Shown here: positions 10,259 to 21,001 of the stretch, one piece after another
Layout of the letters: every line of letters begins with the position of its first letter
Numbering within the stretch: the first letter of the stretch is position 1
NCBI GenBank assembly: GCA_942492165.1
Contig: CALOEF010000070.1
Span: forward strand, 2,492 to 66,491
Reading direction: 5' to 3'
DNA from: an uncultured Planctomycetaceae bacterium
Lineage (GTDB): Bacteria > Planctomycetota > Planctomycetia > Planctomycetales > Planctomycetaceae
Length of the DNA: 64,000 nucleotides
The notes under the pieces: generated by a model
The model's database searches: none
Seen by the model: the letters and a program-made list of their open reading frames with translations, nothing else
Told to the model about the DNA's origin: nothing
Translations under genes and position numbers: made by a program

Positions 10259-12577
10259 TCTTTTATTTTCCCGGCAGGTGAGTCCTTCTGATCTTTCGGT
10301 TTATCGTCGTCTTCTAATGATGGCAGTTCATTTTGAATACTGCTTGAATTTGTGACTGGAATGACAACGCGAATATAGGTTGCCTGTCCGGCCTGGTCAA
10401 TTTTTTGATCATCCAGAGAAACCTGACTGAGAGGGGTATCCAGTCTTGCAAATAAAACGGCTCGCCCCAGTCTTAATTGCTCTGTGAAATCCAGTCGCTC
10501 TGCAGAACTGTTTAAAAGGCCTGTGTAAATGGAACCTCCCGACTTTTCGTGGTAGGTCAACATTTTTAATATTTCATAGACGTTTTTGGAGAAGGGGTCA
10601 TACTCGGTCTGCACAGTGATTAAACTGGATTTCACTTGACCTTTTTGTTTGATTCGTCGTGAGACCGCGCGCGTCAGATAACCTTTGATATTACGTGATT
10701 CAACAAATGTATCATTGATATCCCAGGCTTGTTTCGGAGGGATATAAGAACGTTCGAGATGTTCCGGGTCAACTATTGGCAGGTAGACACGATTGCCATA
10801 GGCGATGACCCATGCTTTCACGGGGCTGGATAAATGATGAGTCAGCGTTCCTGAGAGTTGGCCCAGGTGGTTGCCCGTCAGATTCGATGTGAACAGATCA
10901 GGATGCTGTAAAGACCATTCAGCCAGAAGGTTCTTCGTGCCCCACTTAAGAACTGGTAAATTCTCGATCGAATGCGAATGATCAGAGAACTGGTAGGTGG
11001 GACCAGTGATGGCACCTTCTGCAGATCGATACATTCCCGCAAAAGTCGATTCAGGAATGCCATTCCAGCAAATATGTGTTGGAATGGATGCCGGGGGAGG
11101 ATCCAGCGGAAGGTTTGTCTGGACATCCACTTTATAGCGGCGTGTTTCCGGGCTGTAGAGTCCCAGATAGAATCGTCCTCGAAACTGACCTGCTGCTGCA
11201 TCGTAATCAACAATATTCAGTTGTGTTGACTGAAACGTATTCCCATTGTCGCTTTGAGCAGAAATCACTCCCCAGGTCACTGCGACGATGACCATCAGAG
11301 GAAATGTAATCCAGGTGATATGTGGCTTCTTCAAGACACGGTGCACTAACAAATAATCAAGGGGCCCTATGATGAGCAGATAGAGTAAAATCAATCCCAT
11401 GACCCACCAGTGGGATGGCCTTTGCACTTCTGAAAATTTCTGTTGCGAATGAAATATTTGCGTTTCCAGCTCAGATATACCCGTTTGTGAAAGTCGCTTT
11501 CCCAAAATCGGAGTTCTGTTTATTTGCGGTAAGCGGTCGTTTTGTTCGAGTTGCAAGTTTAGTACAGAGACTGTTTAGTCCATCCCAGTTGACCAGGGGT
11601 CTGGTATTTAAATCCAGAGCCAGAAATGTCACGAGACCCAGCCCGTAAGGAACCCGTACGACCAGCGGTCCATCCAGAGAAGATGCCAGCACTTCGCCGG
11701 TATTAATTGCGATACGGGAACCTGTTGCCACTCCACGAATACGGGAACGCACCGAGGCAAATAACTCCAGACTGCTCAATTCCCGAACTCGATTTTTACC
11801 CAGTATTGTAACGGGAATCCATTTCGCAAAATCACTGTTTTGATATTTTTCGATGTTGTTTCCAACGTAAAGAACAAGATGGCCCCCATTTGCGACCCAG
11901 TCCTGAATGGCTTTGTTTTTTTCTCCACTGACAGCGTAGTTTGAATCAACGATCAGGCTGTCAAGCGAATCGTAACCATTGCCTTTTTCAGGCAGGAATG
12001 ACTGGTCTGGTATCGAGACAGAGATCTGATTACGGTTTTTGTCAAACGATGACGGTTGAGGAGAACTGACAGATTCAAAGCCGGGGACATTGCCGATCGT
12101 CGTCCACAAATCAACAGATTGTTTTAAACCAATTCCGGTAAATTGATTTTGAACTGATTGAGGTGAAAATGAGATTTCCCGCAGAATAGCTTGAGTCTGC
12201 ACATCACGAAAACGAATTCTTAATGGACTGTCGAGTAATCCGGTTTTAAATTGTGAGTACAATTGAAAGGTTCCCGGTTTAAGAAAACGGTAGACGTCTG
12301 ATGGCGTCTCAGTTGGGTTTCCATCCGGCGAACGAGAAATGACAGACAGCTGGAGTTCGATGGGAGTATTCGTCGTGATCTCTACAGTGACAGGGATCCA
12401 GCGCCCGACTTTGTAGAGGCCATCAAATCCAACCTTGATTTGTTTGACTTCAAAATCGTTTTTCGCAATGTCATCTGCAAAGGTTTTCTGGCCTGTGTTC
12501 AGCACAAGCAGAAATAAGAATGTTTTGACTAAGGCTGTGAAGATTGAATTCATGCGTTTATTTTCTGATTTCGCCAA
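10255..12577 (-). CDS. Large exported/membrane hypothetical protein associated with the ABC transporter (one gene split near 11500-11530)
   Basis: ORFs 11471-12577 (signal peptide) and 10255-11556 (TM helix LILLYLLIIGPLDY) overlap in different frames at an A-run. Its stop overlaps the ATPase start (GTGA). Confidence 0.7.
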
Positions 12578-12760
12578 ATCAAAATCCGGGCTTGAAATCA
12601 GTTTCGGTAATAATGGGTCTTGGGGTTCAAGACTGGCTCGATCAGGAACAAAATTTGATAACGGAGATAATGGGGTATTATGTCGTGAGTCGAGGCAAGG
12701 CTCAATGCATTGCTGTTACAATTAAAGGCTTTCCACAGATTAACCAGTTTGTGATTCTGA

Positions 12761-13496
12761 TTAAAACTTCAGGTCAGCAAGCAGTGTCTTCATTTTTTCG
12801 ATGGCAATCAGTGGGATCGTGTGTGGTCCCATAAATTCCGAAAAGTCCACTTCAAACTGGTTCTGTTCGAACATCTCTTTCAACCAGATCGCTCCCTCAT
12901 AAGGCAGGATAGGGTCTTGCCTTCCATGAGTCTGTAAAACAGGAAACCGTTCTGATTTTTTCGCAAGAGATGTCCATCTTTGTTCACATAGTAATGTTCC
13001 AGACCAGATGACAAGTGCAGCCGGCGGTTCTGGCAGGTTGAGAGCCACTTCTGTGGAAATCATCGACCCCTGAGAAAAACCCACCCAGAACAAACTGGGA
13101 AAGGGGTAAACCAGATTCCTTTCTCAATTCGTCGATGAATTCTCTGAGTTGTTGAGCCGCTTCTAAGAGTCCATCAGGTGTTTTCTCTCTTTGATCACGA
13201 ATATTTCCCGAGGCAATCGCGGCATTCAATTCTGCAACATCCAGCATCCACCAGGCCCGTCCACCGGGAATTCCCATGTCCAATAATGAAAGCGGTGCGG
13301 CTGGAAAAACAAAACGAACCCGCTTTGAAGAGGCTGAGTTCTTGCCTGCCAGCTCTGGTCCCAAAGCAACCAGATCATCACCGGGTGCGCCAAATCCGTG
13401 GCAGATGACAGCGATGATTTCCGGATCCTGTCCCTCGGGTAATTCGTCATAAATCTGGCAACTCAGAGGGCCAATGGTTCTTGTGGTGAGGGACAT
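12761..13496 (-). CDS. Phospholipase/carboxylesterase (frameshift in a T-run near 13075-13080)
   Basis: CHGFGAPGDDL motif, GFSQG nucleophile (restored by removing one T), HGRQD and GPH. Confidence 0.88.
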
Positions 13497-14011
13497 GAAA
13501 TTTCAAACTCCAGAAGTATATGGAAAGACAGTGTTTAAGACAGATTTGACAGGTAAAGGTTATTGTGTCGTTGGAAACCCGATTTGGCAATCTTGAATCA
13601 ATGGCCATGTCAATTATTGACATTTTGATGCCAAAATCAGCGCATTTTCCACGTGATATTCACATAGAGAAGTCATTCTGTCTCGATTTACCAGTGTGAA
13701 CCAGCATAGTGGTGTTTCGGGTGTGTACATAAGAGCTGTGTTTATTAAGGGTAGATGTGTCGAATCAAATCGAAGTCTCTGTCATCGAAACTACGTCAGA
13801 TTTGGTATATTGAAATTGGTATCGAGTGAAATTCGACAAAAACTTTTTTGGTAAGTTGTTTTTGATATACTGTTTATCGATGCGGCTCATTTTCCATTTC
13901 CATTTCGGAATGCTTTTTGCCATATTTAGTTATTCGTTCTGAAGGAGCAAAAGTCTCATTCGATTCGCGGAATCAAAAGAGATTTCAGTTTGTCCGCATG
14001 CAGGGAGAATC

Positions 14012-14818
14012 ATGATGTTTCGACAAAGTGTTTATGGGGGAGTCCTGGCAAGTCTCTTCTTTTCAATCGTGATACTGAATGACTTACAGTTGGCGCAGGC
14101 AGGGGAACTGACTGCAATCAGCAGTAAATTGAATCGTGATTCCTTTCTTTTGAGCCGGGAGATCCGTACCAGATTTCGTGGCATCCGAGGACAACGAATC
14201 CTGTTTGACAAAGCATATGAAATACATGAAGTCGCAGACAATATTCAGAGCATGGTCGTGTTTAATGCACCTGCGACAAGTATGGAACGGACATTGTCTG
14301 ATTTAAGTTTTTTAGTCGATAATTTCGAACATTCCATCAAAGCGCAGCGGCTACCTGTTCTCAGAGATCCGGTCATCACTCCGACGGGGCCCAACGGCTA
14401 CACTTTCTCTGGAGGAATTGGCTATCCGCAACCCAATTTTCATTGCGATATTTTTCAATGTTATGGTCCCCCATATCGAATGGTACCGGAACAGGCCGTT
14501 CGCAATATTGACCTGATTTTGAAAGATATGAAATCTTCAATTCGCCAGTTGCAGATTTATTATGGCCCAAAGCCATCTGCAGAGCCGACGAATCGTTATT
14601 TTCCGCAACCGGGACCACCCGTTCCCCAATCTGATTCCAATTTGGGAAAACAGATAAATCCTTATCGAACTCCTGTTCCCTCGCAGAATCGGTTGACACC
14701 TGGTTGGAAGCCCGCCCGGAAGACAGTACCTGTTTTGCCACCGGTACCACGCAAAAAACAGACGGAGCCTGCACAGAAGGGACCAGCAATTTTACCACCT
14801 CTGCCTCCTGATGAATAA
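14012..14818 (+). CDS. Exported hypothetical protein with Pro-rich C-terminus
   Basis: 268 aa ORF with signal peptide and upstream GGGAG RBS. Confidence 0.6.
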   Translation: MMFRQSVYGGVLASLFFSIVILNDLQLAQAGELTAISSKLNRDSFLLSREIRTRFRGIRGQRILFDKAYEIHEVADNIQSMVVFNAPATSMERTLSDLSFLVDNFEHSIKAQRLPVLRDPVITPTGPNGYTFSGGIGYPQPNFHCDIFQCYGPPYRMVPEQAVRNIDLILKDMKSSIRQLQIYYGPKPSAEPTNRYFPQPGPPVPQSDSNLGKQINPYRTPVPSQNRLTPGWKPARKTVPVLPPVPRKKQTEPAQKGPAILPPLPPDE

Positions 14819-14973
14819 TTATCGTCAAACATGATTTGGGGATATGACATTTATGCGATGCTTTTGGTGATCCCTCTTCGTCAACGCTTGTATTCTCGCA
14901 GATGATGCATCAATATATTTTTCAGTGATTCAGAATGGAAATCGATTGCTGAGAAATATATTGAAGGAGACTT

Positions 14974-15435
14974 TTGATGGAATTTGATGCAGAAGAAGTA
15001 ACTGCTTACCTGCATCAACATATTCCGGTGACGCAGGCGATGCGAATCACTGTTCTGCCTGAAGGTCAGGAGCGTCTCAGACTACAAGCCCCGTTGACAC
15101 CCAATCTGAATCACCAGGAGACGGCCTTTGGTGGGAGTATCGCCAGTTTAGGAATCCTGGCCGGATGGACTTTAATTCATCTCCGATTGAGAGACGACAC
15201 GCTTCGCTACAAAATCGTCATTCAAAAAAGTGAGATTGAATTTCTGCGTCCGATAGAGAATGAATTTGAGGCAGAATGTTGTTATCCGGTGCAACAGGTA
15301 TGGGATCAGTTTTATACAGGTTTGCAGCGAAAAGGACGTGCACGAATTCAATTGGAGTGCAAAGTGAAGGTCGATCATCAGATTGCTGCAGTTATTGCAG
15401 GAACCTTTGTCGCCATGCAACTGGAATCACTCTGA
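14974..15435 (+). CDS. YiiD-like thioesterase (hotdog fold)
   Basis: IPVTQAM and NLNHQETAFGGS motifs. Confidence 0.85.
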   Translation: MMEFDAEEVTAYLHQHIPVTQAMRITVLPEGQERLRLQAPLTPNLNHQETAFGGSIASLGILAGWTLIHLRLRDDTLRYKIVIQKSEIEFLRPIENEFEAECCYPVQQVWDQFYTGLQRKGRARIQLECKVKVDHQIAAVIAGTFVAMQLESL

Positions 15436-15440
15436 GTTAA

Positions 15441-18400
15441 TTACTGCGGCCCTTCGGATTCAACCTCGCTCTCTGGTTCGGAAATATTCATGTTCAGAAC
15501 GGTGTCTGTCAGAGATTTGTTGCCGGAATAAACATGAACGTCTCTTTGTGGAAATGCAATTTCAATTCCTGCTTTGTTGAATTGATCATGAATTTCTGTG
15601 TGTAGTTCATGAATTACAGACAGTCGATTTTCCAGATTGGGAAGATAGGCTCGCACCAACAGATTTAATGTGCTGTCTCCAAAGGATTCAAATGTGATAC
15701 TGGCGGGCGGGTCTGTGAGTATAAAGGGGTGGTCAGTCACAATCTTTAAGGCAAGGTCCGAGGCTTTATTGGTGTCGGTACCATAGGCGACTCCGATGGA
15801 AATTGTGATCCGTTGTACCGAGTCAGTTAAAGTCCAGTTGAGTATCTTGCCCGTAATGAATTCCCGGTTTGGAACAATATATTCTTTCCGATCCCAGTTC
15901 GTAATCGTCGTGGCTCGCATCCGAATGCGGGATACGACGCCACTCACTTCATCGACAGTGATGATGTCACCTACCCGGATGGGACGTTCAATGAGTAAAA
16001 TTAAACCGGATACAAAATTGGCAAAGATTTCCTGTAACCCAAACGCCAATCCAAAGGTCAACGCGGTTGCCAGCCATTGTAACTTCGTCCAGCCTAATCC
16101 AATCGTACTAAATACAACGAAAATCCCAATGAGAGCCACGAAATAGCGGGATAAACTGGTGATGGCATATTTAACGGGCGCATCTAAAGGCAGGCGTTGC
16201 AGGATCATGAATTCGAGTAGACTGGGAAAGTTTTTTGTTGCGATCACCGCAAATGTGGCTAAAATGAGTGCCAGTCCAATGTCATACCAGGTGACCGGTT
16301 CCAGTCGCTCTACCGTTTTTTGTGTAATATTGCCATCAGCATTTTTTGTTTCATCTACCGTCTGGATTGAAGTTGACCAGAGTTTATACTCATCCGTGTC
16401 GAGGCGATTGAAAGCAGGTAGTGTGTCTCCCCAGATCCAGAGTATTCCTAAAAGTAGAAACACACTGGCAGTGGCATTGACCAGTTTTTTGATCTGAGCC
16501 GAGATTTTTGTGAGATCGGCAGGGTTTTCTTCCTCTGTCGTAATGCCTGCGATTACGGTTTCAGAGCTTGATTCCAGAGACTCTTTTTTAAGTGCTTGTA
16601 AACGTTCCTGGTTCTGCCGATAGCTTAACTGTCGATGGTGAATCAGAATCCAGCGTAAAAGCAAAGCCCGGAAAATAATGATGCCAAGAAATAACCAGAG
16701 CGTGATAAAGATTAATTGGAACAGGCTCATTGCTGTAAAATAGAAGCCAACCAGTGACAGCAGTATGAGCGAACAGGGAACTAAAAGAGTCAAGAGGTAA
16801 ATGATGAATTTGAAGCGATCATACCAGACTTCCTGATTGTAGTTCATGATCGATTGGAAGAGGCCGGACTGGGGATGAAAAACACGTCGCGCAAAGATTG
16901 TGTAGACGATCAGTAAAGCTACAAAAAACAGGCGTTCCAGCAGATCATGATTGCGGTCGACTTCTTTACCATGCAGCAGAAGCGTGATAAAGAGCAGGGG
17001 AATTGAGAACGGGATCACCCAGCGTATATTTCTGCGGACGTATAAAACGGTCTGCTTGTACCAGCCGAAATGAGACTCACCCAGTCCGAGCGGCCTGCAA
17101 ATCTGTCGGATGAGTTCCCAGAAAAATAACAGCCAGCCTGCCTGGCGTAAACTATAGTCGACCGCCTTGACGAAAACAGGAGCGTTGGGATTGACGCCAA
17201 TTCTCCAGGCGATAAACCAGATCAACCCTGGCCAGATGATGGCAATAAACAGTGTGAGAAAAGCAACTCGTGCGGTAATGACAAAATTGCGGTAATTGCT
17301 CTTGATGATTTGTTTATTAATAATTCGTAATTGTTGTCGAACATTATAGGCCAGGTAGACCAGGCTTAAGAAACAGCAGAAAACGGTGATGTAAATGACG
17401 GGGTTGTTGTAGACATCCTGTTTGATTTCCGTGAATAATTCTTTCCAATGCCTGGGCGAAAACAGCCAGCGGATGGAATGGGATGTCTGCCTGAGTTCTG
17501 ACAGAGAAATCGTCGCAGAGCTTTTGATCCAGAAAACGCGCTCCCTGATATACGCAGAATAGGTTTTCGTTTGCTTTACGAGATCATTTTCAGTGACATT
17601 GAGATTAAGTAATTTGTCGAAGTAATTGTCGTTGCTGCTCATGAGAGTGCCTAAATATTCTTTTTGTTTCTCAAGAGTTTCTTCGACGACATGTTTGAGG
17701 TTGATTTTATCTTCGGTCGTCAGTTTCGGGTTGCGATTCAGGATTTCTGCGGTTTTCTCTTCGACAGTTGGAAAGTTATCCCAGGCATCGCTCAGTTCAT
17801 ATTTTTTTAAATGGACTTCGTTGATGAGCTGACTTCGATTTGCAATTGTTTGTTTCAGGCTTTCGATATTCGGGAGTGCCGCTTGTTGATTTCTGAGCAA
17901 CAAGCCAATCGGTCCTGTTAACCCAACAGACTCTTCTTTCGCCTTTGTTTGATCGAATTGTTTTTTGAGATTTTCCAGGAGTTGACCCGTTTGAGAGTGT
18001 TTCTGGTCGAGGGTCTCGATTTTCTTGTTGAGTGCCTGGATTTCTTCTGCATATTTCTGGTTCTTTTCTGCCATCGGTTGCAAAATCGGGTTTGTTGCAA
18101 AAACTTTTTGGCGGGCTTCTTTCACACGCATCTCAGATTCGACAGTACGACGCTTTTGGATCTGATCCTTCAGCGCATCAACTTCTTCTTTTTTTGTTTT
18201 CGCGATCAGTTTCAAATAATCTTGATTAACGCGAGGGAATCCGATGGTCGCTTCAGCATCGTATTTGATCAGCTCGTTCTTGAGAGCTGGTTTTTCCGCT
18301 TTGAGAGACATTAGGCGAGTTGATAACTCAATGCTTCTGGCATTTGCAATCACTGCTGGTTCATCGGCAGGAGCAGGGACTTTTAGTTGTTTTACTGTTT

Positions 18401-18965
18401 CATTAATCAATTCATCAATTTGACTCGCACGCTGTAACGCCTCTTTCAGGCGATTTGCTCGGTTGGCAACTTCTTTGTCCCAGTCGCCAAGATCCTGCTT
18501 GCTTTTTTCAAATGCAGCTTCCGCTTGAACGAGATCTTGTTCCAGTTTTGGAAGATTGAGAATTTCAGCATAGGATGGTTTTGGTCTTTTGTTCAGGGTT
18601 TCTATTTCGGCTTTTTTTTGGTTAAGCCTTTGCATCGCATTTTTCGAATCCGATTCACTTTGCTGGGCTAATTCTTGAAATTTGGATGCTTTCTTCAGAT
18701 TCTCAATCGCCTGGTTATAAAAATTAACCGCCTTTTTCTGATCCTCTTCAGACAGACCTTTGGTGTCTTTTAGTTTGTCGATCTGATTTTGAATTGCTTC
18801 GACGGATATCGAAGGTGCCTGGGGGGCATCGCTATTAGGTGTTTGTGTCGCTGCCTTTGATTTTGAGGGAGTCTGAGCCTGTGCTTCCAGTAGCAGAAAA
18901 AAGGCGAGTAGCACTGTTATCACAGGGAGTACGGTCGTCTGAGAAATTCTATGACGAAGAGTCAT
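15441..18965 (-). CDS. MscK/KefA-like large mechanosensitive channel (MscS family)
   Basis: Long periplasmic coiled coil, multiple TM helices, FGLQEIFANFVSG, RPIRVGD and IEIAFPQRD. Confidence 0.93.
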   Translation of the reverse strand: MTLRHRISQTTVLPVITVLLAFFLLLEAQAQTPSKSKAATQTPNSDAPQAPSISVEAIQNQIDKLKDTKGLSEEDQKKAVNFYNQAIENLKKASKFQELAQQSESDSKNAMQRLNQKKAEIETLNKRPKPSYAEILNLPKLEQDLVQAEAAFEKSKQDLGDWDKEVANRANRLKEALQRASQIDELINETVKQLKVPAPADEPAVIANARSIELSTRLMSLKAEKPALKNELIKYDAEATIGFPRVNQDYLKLIAKTKKEEVDALKDQIQKRRTVESEMRVKEARQKVFATNPILQPMAEKNQKYAEEIQALNKKIETLDQKHSQTGQLLENLKKQFDQTKAKEESVGLTGPIGLLLRNQQAALPNIESLKQTIANRSQLINEVHLKKYELSDAWDNFPTVEEKTAEILNRNPKLTTEDKINLKHVVEETLEKQKEYLGTLMSSNDNYFDKLLNLNVTENDLVKQTKTYSAYIRERVFWIKSSATISLSELRQTSHSIRWLFSPRHWKELFTEIKQDVYNNPVIYITVFCCFLSLVYLAYNVRQQLRIINKQIIKSNYRNFVITARVAFLTLFIAIIWPGLIWFIAWRIGVNPNAPVFVKAVDYSLRQAGWLLFFWELIRQICRPLGLGESHFGWYKQTVLYVRRNIRWVIPFSIPLLFITLLLHGKEVDRNHDLLERLFFVALLIVYTIFARRVFHPQSGLFQSIMNYNQEVWYDRFKFIIYLLTLLVPCSLILLSLVGFYFTAMSLFQLIFITLWLFLGIIIFRALLLRWILIHHRQLSYRQNQERLQALKKESLESSSETVIAGITTEEENPADLTKISAQIKKLVNATASVFLLLGILWIWGDTLPAFNRLDTDEYKLWSTSIQTVDETKNADGNITQKTVERLEPVTWYDIGLALILATFAVIATKNFPSLLEFMILQRLPLDAPVKYAITSLSRYFVALIGIFVVFSTIGLGWTKLQWLATALTFGLAFGLQEIFANFVSGLILLIERPIRVGDIITVDEVSGVVSRIRMRATTITNWDRKEYIVPNREFITGKILNWTLTDSVQRITISIGVAYGTDTNKASDLALKIVTDHPFILTDPPASITFESFGDSTLNLLVRAYLPNLENRLSVIHELHTEIHDQFNKAGIEIAFPQRDVHVYSGNKSLTDTVLNMNISEPESEVESEGPQ

Positions 18966-19467
18966 TGATTATGATTTCATTTAAAAACGGATTAATTCGA
19001 ATAAAGCGGGTCAGAAGTACTTACGAGCGTAAGTTTAGTTCGTCTACGCGTTGTTCAGCAAGGTGTGGAGCTGTTTCCTCAACAAAAAAACTCGATGCAG
19101 GAGAGACCTGGATTCAATATATGCCAGATACCAGATAATAGTGATGGGATAATCTCAGTTATCAAGGATTAAGTAATCGCTTCTCACGGAATGATGGCAA
19201 TTTCTAAATTGAAAAAAGTGATGAGTTGACAAAAATGATTCAGTCAGATTTCATTCTCACACCCTCCGTTTATTTCATGACGGCTTTGAACAGGGCCGTT
19301 CGATCATTGCCAGTCCGTTTGTCATTCAGCTGAACGAGATACTTAGTTCCATCATTTTCAAACAAGTTTTAGCTGGGATCACTCCCCCGCACCCGTGATA
19401 GTGGTTACCCTGTCGATATCAAGATAACGAGTTGATCTTTGCATTTCTTGAATGGTAGCGAATCGAC

Positions 19468-20244
19468 ATGAGAAGACGACAGTTATTTGAGTTTGAAGAT
19501 TGCCGCTGGTTTCCGAGCCTGCTTAGAGACTTTATGACAGATTACCTGCGATTTGTGTCTAATAAATTTAATCTGTTTGGCAGCACGATACCGGTTCTTT
19601 CTGAGATTCTGCATGAGACTGGTCGTTCGAAGATTGTTGATATCGCGTCCGGTGGAGGGGGCCCCTGGCTCAGTCTGGTTCCAAAACTTCTAGAAGAATT
19701 TCCAGATTTACAAATCAAACTGACCGATTATTATCCCAATCAATCTGGCATGCAGGAAACGGCCCTGGCTTTTCCTGATACGATTGATATGGAATCGCGT
19801 CCCGTTGATGCCAAAGCAGTTCCCGCTGATCTCACAGGACTACGAACTCAATTTCTCAGTTTGCATCACTTTGATCCGGTTGAAGTAGAAAATATTCTGG
19901 TAAACGCGATCGCCGCCAATGAACCCATCGCCTTTTTTGAGGCGCAACAGCGCGATGTCGCGCATCTCATTCAGTTCGCACTTTCTCCATTATTTGTACT
20001 CCTGCTCACTCCGTTTGTAAGGCCGTTTCGAATTTTTCGGTTAATCTTGACCTATCTCATTCCACTGATCCCCCTGTTTGTCTTTTGGGATGGTATTGTC
20101 TCTGTATTAAGGACTTATACCGTTAATGAAATGCTGGAGATGGCCGATAAAGCGGATGAAAACCAGAGCTATGAATGGAGAGCCGACGTTATAAACAGCG
20201 GACAAATTAAAGTGTCCTGTCTTATCGGCAGACCCGCTGGATAA
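19468..20244 (+). CDS. Class I SAM-dependent methyltransferase-like protein
   Basis: VDIASGGGGP motif I, SLHHF. Confidence 0.7.
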   Translation: MRRRQLFEFEDCRWFPSLLRDFMTDYLRFVSNKFNLFGSTIPVLSEILHETGRSKIVDIASGGGGPWLSLVPKLLEEFPDLQIKLTDYYPNQSGMQETALAFPDTIDMESRPVDAKAVPADLTGLRTQFLSLHHFDPVEVENILVNAIAANEPIAFFEAQQRDVAHLIQFALSPLFVLLLTPFVRPFRIFRLILTYLIPLIPLFVFWDGIVSVLRTYTVNEMLEMADKADENQSYEWRADVINSGQIKVSCLIGRPAG

Positions 20245-20442
20245 TATGCCTGCTGGCAATGTCGATTGAGACAGGCGTTTACTCTCGAATTATTTCCAGA
20301 ATGCAATAATTCAATGGAACTAACGACAATCAATTTTTATAATAGAACATGAAATATGGAACAATTCTGATACCAGTGAAATGCTCCGAGAATTCAGGGT
20401 GTGTGTACTTACTGTATTTTTTGAAATCTGGGTGAGACTACA

Positions 20443-20946
20443 ATGAGCAATGAAGAAGTTTCCACTCCGCCCGAAACAGTTCAGCCACGATTTCGCTGGC
20501 GGTTTATCGGCCCGCTTGTACTCGGTTTAATCTTGGCTGCCGTTGGATTTGCCTGGACGAGCGGTTTGTTGCCGTCTTCGAAACCCAAACCGCGTGAAAA
20601 TGCGATTATGGTAATTTCTCCTTATCGAGACCATGATACATGGGTATTTGATGACGCTTCTGCTGGTCTGGTCAAAGAGCCGTTCGTGGCCGGCGTCCCA
20701 GAAATGATCGATGTTCTTGTGAAAGATATTCCCAGTGCAGAGGATGGATTTCGGTTGTTGTTTTCGGCGAAAGCATTTCCCGAATATCAGAAAAAACTGG
20801 TCTGGCTGCGGGGAGATATGGGTGGAAATTATTATCGGTTCGAAGATTCGTCGATGGAAGGTTGGATCTGCCCCGCGATGTTCAAATACTACTCAACCGC
20901 ACCAAAAGAACTCTTCGTCAAAGCGGAGCCAGGAAAACAACGGTAA
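20443..20946 (+). CDS. DUF6717-like protein with N-terminal TM helix
   Basis: WVFDD, EPFVAG and GWICPAMFKY motifs, as recalled for this family. Confidence 0.6.
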   Translation: MSNEEVSTPPETVQPRFRWRFIGPLVLGLILAAVGFAWTSGLLPSSKPKPRENAIMVISPYRDHDTWVFDDASAGLVKEPFVAGVPEMIDVLVKDIPSAEDGFRLLFSAKAFPEYQKKLVWLRGDMGGNYYRFEDSSMEGWICPAMFKYYSTAPKELFVKAEPGKQR

Positions 20947-21001
20947 AAGTGAAGGTGTTTTTCAGGGAAGACGAAACAAGAATGCTTTATTCCTGACAAT
21001 T

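Noticed and set aside
13500-14010. Riboswitch or ncRNA in long intergenic regions (also 18966-19467 and 32100-32618)
   Set aside because: No conserved aptamer motif or convincing stem set recognised by eye.
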